This document shows, in pieces, positions 54,801 through 64,000 of a stretch of DNA of 64,000 nt (positions are counted from its first letter, which is position 1; every line of letters begins with the position of its first letter). The position numbers and the translations under genes were made by a program. The notes under the pieces were generated by a model. That model saw nothing but the letters and a program-made list of their open reading frames with translations. It was not told the DNA's origin and did not search any database. The DNA comes from Tubulanus polymorphus (taxonomy: Eukaryota; Animalia; Nemertea): contig NC_134028.1 in NCBI RefSeq assembly GCF_964204645.1, forward strand, positions 19,103,653-19,167,652, in the 5' to 3' direction.

Positions 54801-57800
54801 ACTATAATCATAGAACATGTCATGAGCTACAACTTTGCAATTGATCATGGTAACAAAATATGCCTAGGTACCAATAAAATAAAGAAATATTAAGTTATTT
54901 TTCTATTCAACACCCCCTAGTGACCTTATTGAATAACAAATGTCCTTGAAACTCACCACAACAATAGACCATGTCATAAGCTACAACTTTCCAATTGATT
55001 GTGGTAACAAAATATGCATAGGTACGAATATAACATGGAAATACCAAGTTATTGCATTGTTAATGCCCCCTGGTGGCCATATGCAAAAACCAATGACATT
55101 GAAACTCACCACGATCATAGACCATGTCATGAGCTACAACTTCCCAATTGATTGTGGTAACAAAATATGCTTAAGTATCATTATAATGTGGAAAAACTTT
55201 TTTCCAACTACCAATGAGTACTGATGACACCAAGATGGCCGCCAATTGCATCATAATTGCTTGATCACATATACTTGTTTGGGTATAAAAGATCCTTTTC
55301 CAAAGAATACCCATCACAAATTGCAATGAAAAATGGAAAACTATTAGGAAGCTACAGGACTCAGAATTCAGGCCAAAATTGACATTTTTGGGCACTAAAA
55401 AGGTCATAGGATGGTCATCTTGAGTCTGATCGACCCAATTTTTCTTATGCTGAGGGGCCCTTGGGGGATTCAAATATAGGCCTATAAGAAAGATCAAGGT
55501 AATTGATCGAAGCGTCTTCAAAATTTCCCTCAAAAAGTTCAAAAATGTGGAAAAAAGTGCTGATTTTGGTGAACAACAATGGCTGCCGGGCAGCCATCTT
55601 GATTTTGACAGGGCCAGTTTTTTGGGCTGAAGATGTGTCTAGGGTAGATACATGTGTAACCCAAATATCAAGACACTGAAGGATCTTCAAAACTTCCCAA
55701 AATAACTGGATTCCGTCTAGGGACGGATGAAAAGTGAACGCAATAAATAGCCCACTGGGACTAAAGTCCTTAGTGGGCTAAAAACCAGTGAAATGATTAT
55801 GGAGAGATGGCAGCACTGTACGGTAACGGATTTGGTATTATGGATCAAACGCCAGAATTAAAAAAAATTTCAAATTTTTGGTTATTATTTCGATTTTCCC
55901 ACTGACACCCATGAGCAATCTACAAGATTTTGACGATTTGCAAAACAATTTTTGAAAGATTTTTTTTTGTTATGCACACAGGCATGGCCTTGGTTTTAAA
56001 TGACATTCGGATATAACAATGTTTCTTCGGTATACACTTATACCGTATTCCGGTTATAACATGTAAATTATCTCATCCCGACTGCTACGTTATATCCGAG
56101 GTAGACTATATATGATAGAACTCAAAGTAGCTTAGATATCAAATTCACACCTACATACATTCTTGGTCACTCTTTTGACATGATAAAATTCTTTTACCCG
56201 AGATTAATTCATCATATATCACTATAAGCGAATTCGAAATGCTCAGACGCTAAGTTATATTTCTGTCAGAATTGAAAATCACATTTACAAGCTGTTAGTA
56301 TTCGAATCTGAGAAGAGTTACATTTTATGAAAAAAAATTTGTCTGGAAAGTGGAAAAGGTAATAATCACGAGAATTACAAGAGGGTTTCTGCTGCTTCGC
56401 ATAATGAGTAACCTAAAGACTTGGGTAACACATTTTCTGAGACACCCTGTATATCTTCTGAGAAATAGCTGTTTTCCCAATAGAAATAGGTTTCTACTGT
56501 GCTAATTCAGAATCAGGGCCAAGTCTGTACAGGCAGCTTTTCAAAAGGGCAATTCTATCATCACCAAAATGGGTACACTGGGAGCAAACAAAGAGGTTTA
56601 TGACATCTTACAAATAATGTAACAAACCTTCAAATTAAAGACTAAGTCAGTTTCATCTCACTATTGGCCATTGGCCATAATATCCCCATAAGCCTACATA
56701 TACACATCTAATTAAACAGTTTTGTTCTAAGTGTGGTCAAATGTTGTTACTGAACAACGGTGTTTAGCGCAAAAATTAGTCATTATATTTTTGAAATAAT
56801 CAAATGTTCAAAACGGAACATGGCTCAAAAAGGCCATTCATTTGAAAGGATGAACCTACGGGCTTGGGCTTGAGGGTATCTACAGAGCATTTAATAATGA
56901 CCGGACCCTGACCAGTGAAAATGGTCCATAACTCTTGGTTGATGCTGAGGTTGATGCTTTTTGCGAATAGAAATTTGTTTGTGATCTCCTATTGTCCGCC
57001 CAAGTGGTTTGTCACTAATCAGTGATTTTTTGTGTAGAGCTACCCAACAATCCCCTATGTAATCTCAATAATACTTAGCTCCATATACCAATTTCACCGA
57101 AATTATGGGCCATTCTCTGAGGGTCTGGTTTTATATGAAACACTCTTGTACGCAGTTTTCAACACTTTGTTTTGTGCCACCTAGAGTGTCTACCAAAGCT
57201 CTTTATTGGCCAAAAAGTAACATGAATATCATAGATAAAAGGATATATCATGTGATATAACTAAGATTCTTGACTTTTCCATAAAACCAGTTTTCTTTCT
57301 TTCATTTTCCAGTAAATCTTTGAAGAGCAAAACAAGCATGTCAGATGAACTCTGAAATATGACGTTAAAAATATTTATAAATTGGTTATTGGCATTCAGT
57401 AAGTACATAGGTCGAACACTTATGGGTGAGGGGGATTCCCTATGTATTGTACTATGTAAAGCCTGATCATTCTGGATGTATTGGCCTCACTCCGTGCAGT
57501 TGTGCCACCGTGCGGGATTTACGCCAAGCAACAGAAACAAACATGGCCACCTTTTTAATTATCAATGTTAGAAATTGTATGAATTTCAATTATTCCAGCT
57601 GTTAGGGTTTCAAGGCACAATATAACTAGATGATGTGATATGGCGATGCTAATAAATGATAATGCCGCAGTGAAGCTAGTCACGAACCGTCCCAATTGAG
57701 TGTACAGTGGCCAATAACATATAAATTTGTGTAGTTACATAACTATTTGCAGTGAATTGCAGACGAAACATGAAGCCTTAATGGCGGTTTACAAAAACAT

Positions 57801-60800
57801 TAGGGCCTATAGCAATCACGATTGAAAGATAATAATGATATACAACTTAAGTTAAAATTATGGCCATTTCTAAAATTATATTACTAATATGTAGTCACTG
57901 CGGAACATTTGGTTCTGGAACAATAATGAGGGGTGGTAGGTAGTCATTCAATTCAAGTCATGATTTACCGCATTTGACTTCCGTGTTGTTGAAAATCTTG
58001 CGAGAATGGCACAACATTGAAACTGACAATAAATGCCAAATATCATACATATTTTTTTGTACATATTCATAATTGAATGTTCACGATCAGTATGTTTGGC
58101 CTTGATGGTTGCCTGGGATGCAATTTTTCACAAGAGAATTTCTGCCATCTTGTTTGCAGTGCGCATGCTCCCCATTCTGTTTGTAAACACAATCCACATG
58201 TTTACACTACACTTGCTGTATCAGCGTCCGCGGATATAAACCTACTAACAAAACAGCGTCAAATAGCCTACCGGAACCCGCCAACCTGGACACCTTTCCT
58301 ACGATTTTATATCTACATGATTAAATCAATCATGATTGATTAATATGATGCTGTTTTCACATTTTTTATTCGTGTATAGTGTTTCAACCTGTTTATCAGC
58401 ATACCAGGGGACCTCCAATGGTTAAGATGGATCTTCAATGGTTAAGATGGATCTTTGAGCATATGCAAAATTTTGAAATATTGATAATTTCCCATGTATT
58501 TCATTCATATGTATTTCAACTCATAAACTTTTGGAGGATTTAATTAAAGAAACATTCGTAAAGCCTGCAAATAATTGCACATGCGATCGGCCACCCCGCT
58601 CGTGCTTAAATGGAAAATTAGTATCTTGTACGATGATGAGTGATCAAAATGAAAGATGAAATCTAAATCATTTGATTCTTTCAAAGAAATGCGTTGGGTG
58701 GTTTGGAAATAAACTGAATTTTTTGTCACCTCATTTCACATGTTGCCTCTCCCTGGACGTATTAACTTCACTAACCATGATCGTTGTGATCTGTGTGCTG
58801 GCCACAAATGCACACTGATCACACTACACTACCCATTCACCACCCAACTACCCACAGCTTTGATCTTACCATCCTATCATCAAGTGTGTTTCTCCCTGGA
58901 TGTTTGTAATGGACACCAAATGAGCGTCACATCAAATCAATCAATCAAAGAAATAAGGGAACAATCATCCCTATGTCACGATCAAATCCTGTCCGACCTT
59001 TTTATTGAATTTAGATATTATTATCTAAAATAGGGATTTTTGTCCGACAGTGAAATTCAGGGCAATCTTGCATTTCTAGTGGTCAAAACAGCTTGTCTAT
59101 ACCATTGAAAATACATTGTATGCACAAATTGTGCATATGGTACCATATTCTACAAATGGCTCATAACGGTAGGCCTATTGGTAATACGCAACCCAATTCA
59201 GATTGGCTATGCTTTCATATTATCCTACCATCAGAGGTCCAGGGATCACCATTCATGTGTAGGAACTACCAGGTAATAATTCAAAAGTTGAATACAGTCA
59301 GCTTCACAGTAGTCGCCTTGCAGTAACTCGTAAAGATTCCCAAATATTTGACTTACCCGGTATTCATTGTACATCGTGTAAGTCAAATGAACTTGATTAC
59401 CGGGTATTTTAAACAAGTAGCCTATCGGCTTATTAAGCTCTGCTGTGTGAATTGAAGAAATAGAAGCTGCATACCTAGGGGTGCCAAATCCAAAATAGGG
59501 CTTTGTACTTTGTAGGTATTGGTCCAAAGAATATTCATCCCAAACTTGGAATTTATCTGATTAAAACTAGGACTATTAGCAATTCAAAGTAATAGAAGCT
59601 CCAACCCTAGGGGCGCCAATGGGGGAAAAATCTAAAAATGGCTCAGTAGCTTTGTAGATCTTGGTCCATAGAACATTCATACCAAATTTGGAATTGATCT
59701 GGTTAAAACTCTAAGAGTAGTAGTAATTTGAAGAAATAGGAGCCCAACCCTCAGGGCTACCCACTGGGGGACAAATCCAAAAATGGCTCTGTAATTTTGT
59801 AGGCCTTAGCCCATAGAACATTCATATCAAACTTGACATTGATCTGACTAAAACTGTAGGGCTAGTAGCAATTTGAAGAAATAGAATCTACACCCCAGAA
59901 GCGCCCCCTGGTGGACAAATTAAATAATGGCTCTGTAACTTTTTTAGGCCTTGGTCCATAGAACATTCATACCAAATATGGAATTGATCTGATTAAAAAT
60001 GTAGGATAAGTAGCAACTTAAACAAAAAGTTGACAGACGCACGCATGAATGAATGAATGAACAAACTAACCGATGGACGACGACGGCTCACCCCCCTAAC
60101 CCCTCGGTCACAGCGAAGCTAAAAATATAATATTATTTTGATAAATTTGTATGACTTATGCAAAGTTGTTTGTATTAAAATCTGTGATGTACATGTGTTA
60201 TTGAAACTCACAATCATAGGAAATATTATGGGTTCTAGAAACTTGCCATAACAAAACTCAGCTTCGAGAAACTTAGGGAGCATCTCAAAAAAATTTCTAT
60301 TGTTCTGTCAATTAGAATAACTGTCTAATTGGTTTTAACCCCCCCTTACCCCCCCTTTGATTAGACACATGCCAAAGTTGGAACTATTGATTTTCTAATG
60401 AGAGACCACAGACAAAGATAAGGCATCTCACGAGTGTACTTCGATCACAACTTTTAATTGAAAAATTAAATAGCAAAATTACAAGTGGAAAACCTATTAA
60501 ACTCTAATGGACTTTATAAACAAAGTCAAATATATCTAAAATACCAACAGCATCTAAAAGAGAGACAGTTAAATCAACTGCCTGTTATATATTTGAAACT
60601 GCAATTCAATTCAATGTTATCTTGCACCACAATAAATCGATAGTTCGGCAGTTGTGATGAATCGGCAGGAGGCCTTAACACCCCCCTCACCGCCTTCCGC
60701 GAGTTATTCTAATTGAAGTAACCATCGAAATTTTGAGATGCTCCCTTAAAACTGATCCTGCATCGAGGAAACAAATAATGCATATACAGCAGAATCCGCT

Positions 60801-63677
60801 AAATATTGGAAATTCCGGGAAATCTGGATTTAAAGTTATTTTGTTGTATACCGGTATTAATGAAGAAATGGCATGCAGATGTTATCTGGATTAGACCAAA
60901 AACCGATTCGGAAAAAGCGGGTTTGACTGTATGTGTTACATAGTTAGCAAAAAATATGGTGTTTTTGAAATTTTGGAAATTCGGAGATTGTTCATCTATG
61001 TAAACCACTTACTTCTACGATATGTAAACAATATTCAGGATAAATCAGAAGTAATCCAGACACAGGTTCTCCTTGTAATGAATTCAGTGCATTTTTGAAT
61101 AATCTATCATAATAACCTGAAATTGAATAAACTGACTTAGCCTATTTGAATTTGAATACAGGCCTAAAATAGCAGAATGAAGAAATTTTTGGAGTTGATA
61201 TAGTCATATCATTGATCACGCGATGTAGCCTACAGAGTACACGATCAAATAAGTTATATTGGCCCAGGCTGAAACATATCCAAGATTTACTGAAATAGAA
61301 CGCCTCACCTGAAATTTCATCTTTCTCTTGAACATCTTGCTGCAGTTTAGATAATATGACAGTCCGATGTACTAGGTTTTTCTACAATTTCAAATAAAGC
61401 AGTTCAAAATCAAGCTGCAATCCATATAGAAATCTGTATGGTCAGAGAATGACTGGCTATGAGCTACTGGGAATGACATGATTGTGAGTGTCATATGTCA
61501 CAAGTGAGTGTCATATGAAATAAAAGTTTTAATTCTAGATTGAAAAACGAAGTTTGTTAGTGTTTTGTGATGTCGCTGTGTGTGGAGCCAGTGGCCATTA
61601 TCTTTTTAAATGTATCAGTAGCAAGATGATTTTTCTCTGATTTATCGCACAATAACCACTAAGAACACAGACGTATTATCAATTACAAACCCCCCATCCC
61701 AAGTCCATCGCTGTGTGGGTGAAGTAATGAGATTTTTGCTAAATGTAACCGATTTATATTCCTGATAAATGCAAGAATAAACATTTTTGAAAGGGGGTTA
61801 CGACATTACACTACGACAGTTGTACGAAGAAGTGAGAAAATTGTTGTTATTGGAACGCAGTGGATATTTTACCGGATACGGCAGAGTGTTTATTTCCGCT
61901 ATATGATCGTACATCGTCGCTGATTGGCTCATTTACGCTGTGCATGTGCACACTGGTGCGCGACTTAGAAAATTCAAGGAAAGTGTGGAGAACATAGTTA
62001 GAAAAAATAGAGCGGATAGTGCGAGACTCGAACCTGGGCCAGTATATTACTAATTCTAGCGCAGCGTCATCCCACTAGACCACCAAGCTTGCTGAAAGCC
62101 AACAAAATGTTGTAACTAGATATAGCACCTAACCTTACCCTGACCCTATCCCTAGGGGTAAACCCTAAACCCAATAAAATGATTTTATTGTTACTTTTAT
62201 TAGTTTAAGTTAATATAATATATAGCAATGATGTTACGGTAAAATAGTGGAAGTAAACACTTTGCCGTATACGGTAAAATATCCACTGCACTATTGGAAT
62301 GGAATGGACATGATGGAATTGGAAGGACAAAAACACAGGGGCTTGGATTTTTTTCCGGGTTGTTAATAATCTCGCGAAAATGGCGCTAAATTCGTACTGC
62401 AAATAAATTCAAAATATCATGGAAACACCTAGTCAGTAACCTGTCTGTGGTTTAGTTTCACGGTCGGATATTTTCACAAACTACATATTGGTAGGCTTGG
62501 TGTAGCCCATCCGATTATAAAAAGCTTACCACCAATGATTAGGTAACTAACTAGGAAAGGTGTCGGGTCAAAACGTCCTCGCATACCCGGTCAAAATGTC
62601 CTCACTTTCGTCGGTCGAAACTTCCTCACTCACGCCAGAATATCTTTATCATACAATAAATTCCGTCAATGCATATAGTTACTACTACTGTTAAATCCAA
62701 GTTATAAGCTGAATATATGACCTTTAATATATATGGCGTATGAGGCATCGATCAATATTTACAAAAACAGAAAATGAAAGTATTTAAAACATAAGACAAA
62801 CGTTATTTACAACATACTAATTACATACTATCGGAGGAGGGATCTAAATACATCTAAAAAAAATTCAGATTTTTTAAAGCATCAAGGTTCCTAAAGGTGA
62901 CTATCGTGAGGTGCCGCCCTCTCTCCTCTACCGTTGATAGAGTGTGGAGAGAACATAAGCCCCTTATACAGATAAAGACGTTTTGACCGAGGACGTTTCG
63001 ACTGGAGGATGTTTAATTATTTGGCACAAGGACATTTTGACATGAGGACGTTATGACTGTGACTCCTAGGAAACACCTTGCGTTGATATTGTTTATATAT
63101 CCGCTATAAAGTTCCGATAAATAATTGGTCGTTAAGGATCCTTATCAAGTAGTTGCGACACCTCAGTAAGGCATCGCAAAGTTTAAAAGTAAGGCGTCGC
63201 GACTGCCTAATGATCCGTAACGACCAATGATGAATTGTTTATTGGAACTTTATAGCGGATAAATAAATAATATCACAAAGTATATCCGTGATATTTTAAA
63301 CTTATATCCACTTCAAATTTAGCGCCATTCTCGCGAGGTTATCAACAACCTGGAAATAAAATCACCCAAGCCCTTTGGCAATTTTTGCACAGGACGTTTT
63401 TTCTCGGATTTATTGCAGAATAACCACTCAAAACAGATACACTATCAAAAACCCCAGCAACTGTATCCCAAGCCCATCGGCGAGTGCCTGTGGCCTGGGC
63501 AAAAATTGCTTCTTTTTTACTTTGTCTTTATTTAGTTTAGTCTGCAAGTTACACAATTGAAAAAAATCAACCAACTTTATTTTGGGCACGTATTTTGTCT
63601 TCTACAATATCTAAAAGAGAAGTTCGGCTGTCGATAAATGTATCTTCTTCATCGTGAGCGAGCCTATCGAAGTCCAT
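48833..63677 (-). CDS. TEX47: TEX47/C7orf62-like protein, about 250 aa, 8 exons
   Basis: Exons 63677-63576, 61381-61309, 61116-61013, 57351-57247, 51473-51315, 50492-50429, 50353-50252 and 48876-48833 join with compatible phases and no stops: MDFDRL..KNLVHRTVILSKL..GEPVSGLLLIYPEYCLHIVESSSDML..SRILVISHD|IPTRSYSGW..YSNPFDFTMQGELVWPLPVRLFPYN*. This resembles recalled human TEX47 motifs (GLLLIYP, ESSSD, VSHNIP, EVVWPAP). Confidence 0.85.
48952..50126 (+). mobile_element. HINE-like family A copy 5 (in the last TEX47 intron)
   Basis: Same termini and subrepeats. Confidence 0.72.
50531..50676. mobile_element. Small Tc1/mariner-type MITE
   Basis: TA|CAGTGGAACC...GGTTCCACTG|TA. Confidence 0.6.
52912..54005 (-). 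repeat. HINE-like element of another family, in opposite orientation (partial inverted copy at about 56205-56400)
   Basis: Terminal hairpin GGGTTTCTGC..GCAGAAACCC, ATT microsatellite, GCAGAAACC repeated near the other end. Confidence 0.55.
54515..55784 (+). mobile_element. HINE-like family A copy 6
   Basis: Same termini and subrepeats. Confidence 0.72.
59410..60125 (+). repeat. HINE-like element with about 4.5 tandem units of about 120 bp
   Basis: AAACAAG start; repeated CATAGAACATTCATACCAAA..GATCTGATTAAAAC; (TGAA)n microsatellite; A-run end. Confidence 0.65.
60276..60745. mobile_element. PIF/Harbinger-type MITE
   Basis: TTA|GGGAGCATCTCAAAA...TTTTGAGATGCTCCC|TTA. Confidence 0.75.
61856..62290. 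mobile_element. TIR element containing a tRNA-like Pol III cassette and telomere-like hexamers
   Basis: TIRs of about 47 bp GCAGTGGATATTTTACCG..; TATTGGAA on both flanks; A/B boxes on - at about 62010-62085. Confidence 0.65.
62338..63373. mobile_element. Palindromic MITE with two nested insertions (62430-62553 and 62559-63066)
   Basis: Inverted arms at about 62338-62420 / 63285-63373 and 63090-63165 / 63210-63275. The innermost MITE has AAAACGTCCTC subrepeats and a (C)TAGGAAA duplication. Confidence 0.6.
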
Positions 63678-64000
63678 ATCGATGCAATAATGATGATGAT
63701 TGAGTAGGATTTGTTATTTTTGTTGCCATGAAATGCTCCATATGACCTTGGAGTTTTCAAACCGCGGTGTTGCGTGAGAAGTCCCGATTCATGAAGCGTC
63801 AATGTGAAGCGTCGGTTTAGGATTTACGACATTGCGATTTACGTTTAACCCATTTTAGCAATCAGGGGGAAGTTTGCTACTCCTCAGAAAAAAATATAGG
63901 AACCGAAACCATAGAACTCTTGAGTTCTATACCAGCAAAAGCCAAACGAAATGCGATCCTTTAGCCGGCAACGCGTGTAGACTGGTTGCCGGTCTTGACC

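Larger units (their letters stand above)
51774..56449. mobile_element. Tc1/mariner-like TIR element with nested repeats, inside the U12 intron
   Basis: TIRs CAGGGTGTCTCAAAAATGTGTTACC / GGTAACACATTTTCTGAGACACCCTG, flanked by TA(TA). Confidence 0.7.
51474..57246 (-). other. U12-type AT-AC intron of the TEX47-like gene
   Basis: 5' splice site |ATATCCTTTT starting at 57246; branch point CCTTAAC at 51492-51486; 3' terminal AC at 51475-51474. Splicing restores ISHD|IPTR in frame. Confidence 0.9.

Noticed and set aside
49637-55690. ORFs such as 49637-50089, 54345-54680 and 55171-55542
   Set aside because: They lie in non-coding HINE repeats and their frames are not preserved between copies.
56450-59390. 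Exon-like minus-strand frames suggesting a pseudogene or a TE-derived intron
   Set aside because: Stops occur about as often as in random sequence, there is no recognisable homology, and the region is explained as TEX47 introns plus exon 4.

Overview
AT-rich, intron-containing metazoan DNA, probably a marine invertebrate (lophotrochozoan-like repeats; this is inference). Three spliced genes can be assembled by hand. (1) The 3' part of a DUS1L-like tRNA-dihydrouridine synthase (+, 3882-8871). (2) A complete 20-coding-exon ABCA-family transporter, ABCA3-like (-, 30994-11450). (3) An 8-exon TEX47/C7orf62-like gene (-, 63677-48833) that the ORF track misses; it contains a 5.8-kb minor-spliceosome (U12) AT-AC intron. 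Most of the rest is mobile DNA: a decayed Kolobok-type THAP transposon, a DIRS-like element with a nested Penelope element carrying a minimal hammerhead ribozyme, a BEL/Pao-like remnant, a tRNA-SINE, many Helentron-like (HINE) repeats and several MITEs. Two unexplained segments (about 25985-26625 on -, and about 10611-10970 on +) fold into stems with strand-biased G-U pairs and are candidate structured ncRNAs. A 37-bp perfect palindrome with a 7-bp target duplication looks like a P-element-type excision footprint. All calls come from manual reading; no database searches or folding computations were run.
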